From Myxococcales bacterium (GTDB lineage: Bacteria > Myxococcota_A > UBA9042 > JABWCM01 > BTVJ01), in NCBI GenBank assembly GCA_045863395.1, contig BTVJ01000095.1, forward strand, positions 1-27,668: a stretch of DNA of 27,668 bases, in the 5' to 3' direction. The notes beneath the pieces were generated by a model. The model made no database searches. It was not told the origin of the DNA and was given only the letters and a program-made list of their open reading frames with translations. Shown one piece after another: positions 16,833 to 24,807 of this stretch. The position numbers were made by a program, and so were the translations under genes. Every line of letters starts with the position of its first letter. The stretch's first letter is position 1.

Positions 16833-19504
16833 GACGCACTTGGGCAGCAGTGGCGCTGGCGTTGGCGGCGTGCGCGGACGAGGGCGCGGCCCCCGTGGAC
16901 TCGGGGACGCAGGGCGCGGACGTGGCGGAAGTCGCAGACGTGGCGGACGTGACCGGAGACGCGGGCGACGCCTCCGGGGACGGGCAGGGAGGAGACACGG
17001 CCCCGGACGCCGCCGCTGACGCAGCGCCCGATGCGGCGGATGGGAGCCCCGCCCTGGACACCGGCGACGCGCCCGACGGGACGCCGGGCCCACCGGAGGC
17101 GTCCCTGCAGGCCGGCGCGGTGCGAGTGACCGTGGACGCCGTCGCGGACACCATCACCCTGGCGAACGGCGACACCCCTCTGCTCGTGCTGCCCGCCTCG
17201 GGCCTCTCGCTGGGCACCGTGGACGCCCTGGACCCCAGCTACAGCTACGACCCGACGCCGCTGTTCGCGCCGACCTTCCTGCACCCGCCGCCGCCGGGGC
17301 TCGCGTGGCACGGGGCGAGCGAACTGACGATCACGGCGGCCGACGCCAATCAGGTGGAGCTGGCGCTCTCCTACCCCGTCGGGACGGCGCGCCTCGTGCT
17401 CAGCGTGACGGGAGACGGCCGCGTGCGCGCCACCTGGACCCCGCAGGCGCTGACCGCCCCCCTCGCGTACCTGCGGCTCCAACCAGTGGGCGACGCGAGC
17501 GAGGAGTACTACGGGCTCGGCGAGGTCTTCGACCAGGTGACCCACCGCGGGAAGGTCCGCCCGATGCAGCTCGGGCCCGCGCTGGACCTGGAGAGCGGCT
17601 ACAACGAGGCGCACGTGCCCGTTCCGCTGCTGATCTCCACGCGGGGCTGGGGCCTCTTCGTAGAGACGGCGCACCAAGCGGCCTTCGCGCCGGGGATGCC
17701 CGCGCAGCCCGACGTGGCGGACGTCATCGTGGGCCCCGGGGCATCGGCCACCGAGGGCCTGGTGTTCCACCTGCTTGCGGCGGACCACCCGCTCGACGTG
17801 ACGAAGCTCTACTACGACATCACGGGGTATCCGCGGCTGCCGGCGCGCTGGGCGCTGGGCCCGTGGATCTGGCGCGACGAGAACGACGACCAGGCGCAGG
17901 TGATCTCCGACGTGAACTTGATTCGGGAGCTGGACCTGGCAACCACGGGGTACTGGATCGACCGCCCCTACGCCACGGCGGTCAACACCTTCGACTTCGA
18001 GCCGGTCAAGTTCCCCGACGCCCAGGCCATGATCGACCACGCGCGCGCTGCCGGCCTGCGCGTCGCCCTGTGGCACACGCCCTACCTGGACAAGTCCCAC
18101 GCGGCGACCGCCGCCCTCTATTCCGAGGCCACGGCGGCCGGCTACTACCCGCCCGTGATCGGGGGGCAGCTCAACGGGTGGGGGCCGCTCCTCGATCTGA
18201 CCAACCCCGCGGCCTTCGCCTGGTGGCAGGACCACGTCCGCGCGTACACGGACATGGGCATCGAGGGCTTCAAGCTCGACTACGCGGAGGACGTCGTCGC
18301 GGGCTTCGGCGCAGCCCGCAACGCCTGGGAGTTCTGGGATGGCAGCGACGAGCGCACCATGCAGTCCCGCTACCAGCTCTTCTACCACCGGGTCTACGCG
18401 GAGACGCTCCCCGACGAGGGCGGCTTCCTGCTCTGCCGAGCCGGCATGTGGGGAGACCAGGTCAACGGGGCCATCATCTGGCCCGGCGACCTGGACGCCA
18501 GCTTCGCCCGCCACGGCGAGAAGGTGGACGAGAAGGGCGAGCAGTACACCGCGGTCGGCGGCCTGCCGGCATCGGTGATCGCGGGTCTGTCACTGGGGCC
18601 GTCCGGCTTCCCCTTCTTTGGGGCGGACACCGGTGGCTACCGCCACGCGCCACCGGACAAGGAGCTGTTCGTGCGGTGGTTCGAGCAGACCGCCCTGTCC
18701 ACCGTCATGCAGGTGGGCACGAACACCAACGACGTCCCCTGGGAGGGCAACGCCAAGAACGGCTTCGACCAGGAGACCCTGGACCTCTACCGCGTCTATG
18801 CCCGCCTGCACCTGCGCCTGTGGCCCTACGTCTGGACCCACGCGCAGCGCCTCGCCATCGACGGCCGCCCCATCCAGCGCCCCTTCGGGCTCGCCTACCC
18901 GGAGCTGGGCGTCCACCCGAGCGACACCTACCTCCTGGGCGATGACCTGCTGGTCGCCCCGGTGGTGGAGCGGGCACAGACGGAGCGCGTCGTGCCACTC
19001 CCCCCGGGCCGCTGGCTCGACTGGTGGACGGGCGAGGCATACGAAGGCGCCAGTGTCACGCTGGACGCCCCGCTCGGCACGCTGCCCCTGCTGATTCGCG
19101 AGGGGGCCCTCGTGCCGCTGCTGCGCCCCACCATCGACACCCTGAACCCGGTGGAGGACCCGTCCATCGAGTCCTACGCGACGGACCGGGGCCTGCTGTG
19201 GGTGCGCGTGGCGCCGGGAGGAAGCACGTCCTTCGCGCTCTTCGACGGCACGACGCTGTCCCAGACCACGGCGGGCGGGCTCACCCTTGGATACTCAGGC
19301 GGCGCCGAGCTCGCCCAGGGAGCCGTGTTCGAGGTGCTGGGAGTCCCGGCGCCGAGCGCCGTGACAGACGGCGGGGTCGCGCTGCCCCCCTTCGCGTCCC
19401 TCACCGAGCTGGAAAGTGCCGCGTCAGGGTGGTTCCACGACCCGGCGGGCACCCTCTGGGTCAAGGTGGGGGCGGGCACACATACGGTGGTCGTGGCGGA
19501 CTGA
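16829..19504 (+). CDS. Glycoside hydrolase family 31 lipoprotein
   Basis: Lipobox LAAC and D/A/G-rich linker. Motifs YYGLGE, VPLLISTRGWG, WIDRPY, GFKLDYAE (nucleophile), IWPGD (acid/base), GADTGGY, ELFVRW, YLLGDDLLVAPV. Confidence 0.93.
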   Translation: MRRTWAAVALALAACADEGAAPVDSGTQGADVAEVADVADVTGDAGDASGDGQGGDTAPDAAADAAPDAADGSPALDTGDAPDGTPGPPEASLQAGAVRVTVDAVADTITLANGDTPLLVLPASGLSLGTVDALDPSYSYDPTPLFAPTFLHPPPPGLAWHGASELTITAADANQVELALSYPVGTARLVLSVTGDGRVRATWTPQALTAPLAYLRLQPVGDASEEYYGLGEVFDQVTHRGKVRPMQLGPALDLESGYNEAHVPVPLLISTRGWGLFVETAHQAAFAPGMPAQPDVADVIVGPGASATEGLVFHLLAADHPLDVTKLYYDITGYPRLPARWALGPWIWRDENDDQAQVISDVNLIRELDLATTGYWIDRPYATAVNTFDFEPVKFPDAQAMIDHARAAGLRVALWHTPYLDKSHAATAALYSEATAAGYYPPVIGGQLNGWGPLLDLTNPAAFAWWQDHVRAYTDMGIEGFKLDYAEDVVAGFGAARNAWEFWDGSDERTMQSRYQLFYHRVYAETLPDEGGFLLCRAGMWGDQVNGAIIWPGDLDASFARHGEKVDEKGEQYTAVGGLPASVIAGLSLGPSGFPFFGADTGGYRHAPPDKELFVRWFEQTALSTVMQVGTNTNDVPWEGNAKNGFDQETLDLYRVYARLHLRLWPYVWTHAQRLAIDGRPIQRPFGLAYPELGVHPSDTYLLGDDLLVAPVVERAQTERVVPLPPGRWLDWWTGEAYEGASVTLDAPLGTLPLLIREGALVPLLRPTIDTLNPVEDPSIESYATDRGLLWVRVAPGGSTSFALFDGTTLSQTTAGGLTLGYSGGAELAQGAVFEVLGVPAPSAVTDGGVALPPFASLTELESAASGWFHDPAGTLWVKVGAGTHTVVVAD
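19418..19495 (+). repeat. Left copy of a diverged direct repeat (last codons of the GH31 gene)
   Basis: Aligns with 22366-22436 at 60/71 identities by hand, plus one 7-nt gap. Confidence 0.9.
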
Positions 19505-19599
19505 ATCGCTACGGCGCGATGTTGCTGACCCCGATACCGTTCCGACCAAGGGGCAGGCGGGGACCGTATAGACGGCTCACCTCGGTGGAGCGCCACAGG

Positions 19600-20058
19600 T
19601 CAGGGCGCGGGGGTGAGTCCGTCCCAACAGAACTCCCCGGTGTCCAGTTGGAATTCGTAGGCTTTGTGCACCTGGCACTCCGGGAGGCCCGTCACGTCGG
19701 TGAGCGTCGGACACTCCGGTGTCCCCTGGAGACAGCTGCTCCAACCGCACGGCGTACACCCCGAGGGGAAGTCGCAGCACACCCGCGGTTCGAATGCACA
19801 CGCCACGGTAGGGCCACCCGCCCACCCAGCGGAGCAATAGTGCAGCGGCGGATCCCAGCACCAGTCGTCGGTCTGGAGCTGGTCTCCCGGTCGGCGCAGG
19901 TCCTTGCACGCGTCGCCCTCCGGCGCGACGTCGGATCCCGCCGTTGCGTCCTTCACGTCCTCTTGCACGGGTTCGCCGGCATCCTTGGCGGTGGGCTGGC
20001 TCCCATCACACGCCGGCACGACAGCCCACCAAAGCACAACGAACATCATGGCTCTCAT
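19600..20058 (-). CDS. Small Cys-rich lipoprotein
   Basis: ATG at 20058 after GGAGG, 11 nt downstream of the subtilase stop. Lipobox-like VPAC plus 12 further Cys. Confidence 0.75.
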   Translation of the reverse strand: MRAMMFVVLWWAVVPACDGSQPTAKDAGEPVQEDVKDATAGSDVAPEGDACKDLRRPGDQLQTDDWCWDPPLHYCSAGWAGGPTVACAFEPRVCCDFPSGCTPCGWSSCLQGTPECPTLTDVTGLPECQVHKAYEFQLDTGEFCWDGLTPAP

Positions 20059-20069
20059 CGGCGCCTCCG

Positions 20070-22012
20070 TCAGTTGGTGGAGAAGTCCGTGATGTACCAC
20101 GCAAGCCCGATGTACGTGCTGCTGGCGGCCCAGGAGAACGGTGACACCATGATGTCGTATGTGCGGTCGGCCTCGATGGGAAACTCGACAAACTCATAGC
20201 TGTTGTCGTAGGTCAAGGACACGGCGACCGGGTCGGGAGTGCCGTCGAACACCTGGAGATCGAGGTCGGCATCGAGCGTGGCCGCTGTGCACGTCTGGGT
20301 GGGTCGCAGTGGGTCGGTGCATCGCACCGTGGCGTCCCAGGAGAGCACGACGCGCAGCCGTTTGTTGGAGGCGCTCGTCCGCGCTCGGAAGGGTCCGAGG
20401 CTCGAATTGGCGGGGAAGTCCGTCGCACGGAGGGTGCGGTAGTGGTGGCCGAGTGGGCTCGGGCTTCCCCCGACCGTCCGATAGGAAGAGGGCGCGCCCA
20501 CGAAGAGCGAGTGCAGGATGCTCAGCTCTCCCGCACCGTCGCGGTCGTCGATGGCATCGTGGAGGTTGAGAGGTGGGCCCGACACAGACTCCGTGGCGCC
20601 CGCCATGAGGATGCTGCGAACGACCTCGGGCCACCGGCGCAGCTCTCCGTTCTGCTGCATCAACTGGGCGGCAGCGGCGGCGACCTGGGGCGCCGCGAAG
20701 CTGGTCCCACGGTAGTCTTGCAGGCCGTCGGCGTCAATGTCCTGCGCAGGCGCAACGAGATGGGGCAGCTCGCGGGTGCTGACGTTGAGGTCCCGCGCCC
20801 AGCACCAGATCTCGTCGTCGGTTCGGTCTGAATTCTCGCAGTCGTTGGACCCGCCGACCACCAGGGTGTTGAATGGTTCCGTGAGGACCTGCTGTCGTGG
20901 CACTGCACAGCCGAGCCCGCAGTCCTGTCGCGAGTAGTTCGTGATATTCCCAGAGATCATGGCGATGAAGGGGTAGTTCGGCGGGAGCTTGGCGTAGTAG
21001 TCGAAGAGCAACGCGTCTCCCGTGCCGGAGAAGAAGCTCCAATTCCAGATGTGCGCCTGCGCGGTGGCGTTGCACCACTGCTTCGCGATCTGAGAATCAC
21101 AAGGGCCGGGGTTCCCCGTGTCGCTCCAGCTCGCGTACCAAGTCTCGGACGCGCTGGCGAGGCCTCCTCCCGCAGTCGCCCCGGAGCGGATGACCCCGGC
21201 GACGACCCGACCGTGTTCGTCGGCAAGCCCCATCTCGCAGTAGTTGCCGGCGATGACCAGCGAGTGTCCCGCGGATGGCTGACGGCCTTCGAGCACGCAG
21301 ATCCTCTCCGCCTCCCCGTCGAGCCCCGTGATGAGCCCGTGGACAGTGGACTGGTAGCTCGTACCCTGCGGCTCCGGGTCCGGGTGGTAGATCACCGCGC
21401 CGAGGTCGGACAGCTCGTGGGCCAGCCAGAGATCGGCCGCAGTGAGCCACGCCCGAGCGGCCGGGGCGCGCTCCAGCCAATGGAGTGGAACCGCGGAGAG
21501 GTCCGCCCACTTGCCCTCGACACGGTGCCGCAGCGCCGCGAGCGCCTCCTCGTGCTTTGTCTGGGCGGTCAGCATGACGTCGAGGCTTGAAAGCAGTGCC
21601 TCCTTGTCGCCCGACTCGGATTCCAGCGCGAACCAGAGCAGGACCGGAACGGGGGTCACCTCGTCCGTCTCGGCGAGGACCTCGACGAGCTTGGGCTCCA
21701 GAAGTCCGTAGGCCAGCCGCTGCGCGCTCAACTCAGCCGCGAGCAGCGCGGCACCTCCATCGGGCAGCAGGAGACCGTCCTCTCGAAAGGCTGCGCCACT
21801 CACCACCCCGGTGCTTGCGTCACGGATCTTCACTCGGTGCACCGTGTGACCGACATGCGCAAGGACCATGGGCTCCCAGATCACGGGACCTGCACCGTCA
21901 GCTTGCTGCGCCGCCAAGTGGCTGGTCAGAAACTCAGGCATCTCGGGGGGGGGGGGAGACCAATGGCGCCAAGCGGCGTCACCAGTACTGCTACGAGCAC
22001 AGTCCACCTCAT
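20070..22012 (-). CDS. S8 subtilase-family serine protease, frameshifted at a G12 tract between signal peptide and body
   Basis: ICVLEG / EHGRVVAGVI / ISGN / GTSFAAPQVA; C-terminal RLRVVLSW...DLDLQV...YDNSYEFVEF domain. Best start is ATG 22012 (SD GAGGAGG, signal peptide MRWTVLVAVLVTPLGAIG), which is out of frame with the 20070..22007 ORF. Confidence 0.85.
21945..21956. repeat. G12 homopolymer (C12 on the coding strand)
   Basis: TCTC-GGGGGGGGGGGG-AGAC; the longest homopolymer I saw in the window. Confidence 0.95.
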
Positions 22013-22181
22013 GGGTCCCTCCTCGCTATGGGGGGCAACGGAGCCGCGCTGCCGATCAGACGGTCACCGTGCCGTTCCTCCCACAACTCCTTGCCAATTG
22101 CCGACCCCAGTCAAGGGTTGACACGGCATTGAGCACCGGCCACGTCTTCGGACTGTAACTGGCCTGCGCGACTCGTCATGC

Positions 22182-22436
22182 CCCGTCCATGGGTGCTGGA
22201 GCGACACGTCAGCACACAGGGGTCAGCACACACGGGGCGATGGATGCTTCAGCAGACCATCACGGGCGGCACCGAGCCCACGCCGCCTGAGCGACCCCGC
22301 ACCATGGCGGGTTGGCCCCATCGGAGATGGACCAGCGCCTCCGGCTCAGCCTGCTCAGCCTCTCAGCCGCGTCGGGCTGCTTCCACCACCCCATGGGCAC
22401 CCCAAGGTGGAGCCGGGCACGCACACGGTGGTCGTG
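22182..22436 (+). pseudogene. Decayed remnant of a GH31 3' end (right copy of the direct repeat)
   Basis: 22366-22436 reads AASGCFHHPMGT-/-KVEPGTHTVVV versus GH31 AASGWFHDPAGTLWVKVGAGTHTVVV. Weaker colinear patches extend back to 22182. Confidence 0.75.
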
Positions 22437-22438
22437 AG

Positions 22439-24613
22439 CTACAGCTCGAACACCAGGTAGTTCAGGATCTGCTTCATGTCGTTGGTCACCTGCCACTCGT
22501 TGTGGAAGGTGGTGAAGAGCACGCGGCCCGGCCCGCCGTAGGGGGCGTGGCTCATCATGAGCGGGACGGTGCCCCCCACCTCGGAGACGTAGCCGTTGAT
22601 GTGGACGCCCGTCCCCGGCCCCACCGCCTGCACCACCACCCAGGCGCTCAGGTCGTACTTGATGCTCACGTTGGCCTTGCCCAGGTACTGGACGAGGTTC
22701 GGGTCCACCACCACGCCGGTCAGGGTCTTGGCACCGCCCACCTTGGGGCCGCTCGACGAGGTGTCGTTGCCGTAGAAGTCGATGGCGTTCGGCCACGGGA
22801 ACTCGGCATAGACGAAGGCCCAGTCGCTGGCGTAGACGCTGTTGCCGTCCTTGACGAAGGCCTGGAGGTTCTGCTGGATGAGCGGGTTGCCTGACACGAT
22901 GCCGTAGTGCGCGGCGCCGCAGTCGAAGAAGATCACGTCGTAGGTCAGCATCTTCTGCAGGTTCGTCAGGAGCCCGATGGCCTGGCTCGTGTTGAACTGC
23001 CCGTCGTAGAGATCGAAGCTGAGGCCGAGCTTGCCGAGGATGTCCTCGATCATGTCCCAGTCGCCGGTGACGACGGCGATCTTCACCTGCTTGTCGGGGA
23101 AGCAGATCGCCTCGACCACCTGCACCGCGTCCGTGACCTGACCGGCCGCGACGGGGACCGCGTAGGTCACGTTGAAGTCGCCCTTGACGACCGAGACCGT
23201 GACCGTCCCCTCCGGCACCCCCTCCACCCAGAAGTTGCCGTTGCCGTCGCTGGTCGTGGTCTTGACCACCGGGTTGCCGTCGCAGTCCAGCGCCTTCACG
23301 GTCACCGTGGCGCCGGCCACCTTGACTCCCGACGGGCTGCACACGTAGCCCTTGACCGCCCCAAAGCCGCACTCCCCCTTGGGGTTGCAGGACTCGGCGC
23401 CCACGATGCCCACGTCGGTGGTCGCCCCCTTCACGACCTTGACCTGGACCTGGTAGCCCGTGCCCTCGTAGTCCACGTGGAGCCACTGCGTCCCCTCGGG
23501 GACGCCGGCCAGCCAGAAGACCCCGTCCGCGTCACTCCAGCCCTCCACCTGAACCGCCTTGCCGTCACAGTCCACGGTCTTCACCCAGACCTTGCCGCCC
23601 CCTATCCACGCGTTGCCCTGCGGCACGCACAGGCGCCCCGTCAGGGACCCGAAGGCGCACGGGGGCTTGGGCAGGCACACGCTCGGGTCGAGCCAGGGGT
23701 CGACGGTGACCGTGCCTCCCTCCGGGACCTCCACCTGGTACTGGAGCGACTGGTTGCCCACCTGGACGAAGACCCACACCTTGCCGGCGGGCACGCCTGG
23801 CAGTGTGAAGGCGCCGTCCGCGCCCGTCTTGGTCTCCACCGTCACGGGGTTCAGGTCGCAGTCGTAGGTGTCCACCCACACCTTGGCGGGCTCGCCGGGG
23901 GCCTCGCCCTCGCCGACGCACGCCTGCCCGACGATGGTGCCGCTCTGGCACGGGCCCTTCGCCTGGAAGCACTGCTTGTAGCCGAGGCCGGAGATGTCCG
24001 TGGTCTTGTTGGCCTTCACGAGCACCTTGTACTCGTTCTCGAAGCTCCCCTTCTTCACGTGGACGGTCTGGTAGCCGCTCGGCACGCCGACGAAGGAGAA
24101 GTTGCCGTCGGCGTCGGAGACCGTCTCCAGGTGGACGGGCGTCACGCCGTCGCAGTCCACGGTGTCAATCCACACCGTGGCGCCGTTCACGAAGACCTGG
24201 TCGCTCGGCGAGCAGACGATGCCGAGGATGGCCCCCCAGCCGCACACCTGGTCGGGGCGCTCGCCGATGCCCACGATGCCGCCGTCTGGCGTGGCGCCTG
24301 CGTCGGTGCCCGGGATCCAGACCACGTCGGGCTCGCCTCCGGCGGCGTCCGTGGCGACGGCCGCGGCGTCTTCGGTGCCCGGCCCGCCCTGCCCGGCCTG
24401 CCCGTCCGCAGCTCCGCTCGGTGTCCGCCCCTGGGCCCCACCTGCGTCCACCCAGGCGCCGAAGCCTCCCGGGCCGGAGAAGGACGGGCCCGCATCTTCG
24501 CCCCCGACCGCAGTGTCCTCACCGGTCGCGCTGCCAGACGTCGCCGCGTCGGAGCAGGCCGCGAGGAGCAGCGCGGCCAGGAGGGCGCGCGAGGTGGTCG
24601 GGAGTGGGTTCAT
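22439..24613 (-). CDS. Lipoprotein with four carboxypeptidase-regulatory-like repeats and a C-terminal alpha/beta (class I GATase-like) domain
   Basis: ATG 24613 after GGAGG; lipobox LAAC. Four repeats of G-x-(I/L/V)-x-G-xx-C...DCD(G/L)...DGxFxxxGVPxG. C-terminus KIAVVTGDWD, YDVIFFDCG, YASDWA, GRVLFTTFHNE. Confidence 0.85.
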   Translation of the reverse strand: MNPLPTTSRALLAALLLAACSDAATSGSATGEDTAVGGEDAGPSFSGPGGFGAWVDAGGAQGRTPSGAADGQAGQGGPGTEDAAAVATDAAGGEPDVVWIPGTDAGATPDGGIVGIGERPDQVCGWGAILGIVCSPSDQVFVNGATVWIDTVDCDGVTPVHLETVSDADGNFSFVGVPSGYQTVHVKKGSFENEYKVLVKANKTTDISGLGYKQCFQAKGPCQSGTIVGQACVGEGEAPGEPAKVWVDTYDCDLNPVTVETKTGADGAFTLPGVPAGKVWVFVQVGNQSLQYQVEVPEGGTVTVDPWLDPSVCLPKPPCAFGSLTGRLCVPQGNAWIGGGKVWVKTVDCDGKAVQVEGWSDADGVFWLAGVPEGTQWLHVDYEGTGYQVQVKVVKGATTDVGIVGAESCNPKGECGFGAVKGYVCSPSGVKVAGATVTVKALDCDGNPVVKTTTSDGNGNFWVEGVPEGTVTVSVVKGDFNVTYAVPVAAGQVTDAVQVVEAICFPDKQVKIAVVTGDWDMIEDILGKLGLSFDLYDGQFNTSQAIGLLTNLQKMLTYDVIFFDCGAAHYGIVSGNPLIQQNLQAFVKDGNSVYASDWAFVYAEFPWPNAIDFYGNDTSSSGPKVGGAKTLTGVVVDPNLVQYLGKANVSIKYDLSAWVVVQAVGPGTGVHINGYVSEVGGTVPLMMSHAPYGGPGRVLFTTFHNEWQVTNDMKQILNYLVFEL

Positions 24614-24721
24614 GGCCGGCCTCCGTGCGGTCTGTGTGGGGCGGGGCGAGTATACCCCAGAACCGTCGCCCGGATCTCGTTGCCTGCGCGGCGCCCGCTC
24701 CACCACGGCGAGAACCTCGCG

Positions 24722-24751
24722 TTGATCGCCGTCGGTCGCGGGTGGTACGCT
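24722..24751 (+). promoter_or_regulatory. Candidate sigma70-type promoter for the AAA+ ATPase
   Basis: TTGATC-N18-TACGCT with TGn extension. A divergent TATACT -10 lies on the minus strand at 24649-24654. Confidence 0.45.
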
Positions 24752-24807
24752 CGGGCGCCGGGCGTCGGGCTCGAGGTCACGCCGCTGCAGACACGACGGG
24801 AGGAGCG

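Larger units (their letters stand above)
19496..22365. mobile_element. Putative small inserted cassette (subtilase + Cys-rich lipoprotein); no mobility gene
   Basis: Bracketed by the GH31 3'-end duplication. Visibly more A/T-ending codons than in neighbouring genes. Confidence 0.6.

Noticed and set aside
22110..22123. Palindrome GTCAA-GGG-TTGAC (back-to-back -35-like boxes) upstream of the subtilase
   Set aside because: No convincing -10 at the right spacing on either strand; too short to call an operator.
22327..22437. Short ORF MDQRLRLSLLSLSAASGC... resembling a small lipoprotein
   Set aside because: AASGC derives from the decayed GH31 copy (AASGW), so it is better explained as part of the remnant.
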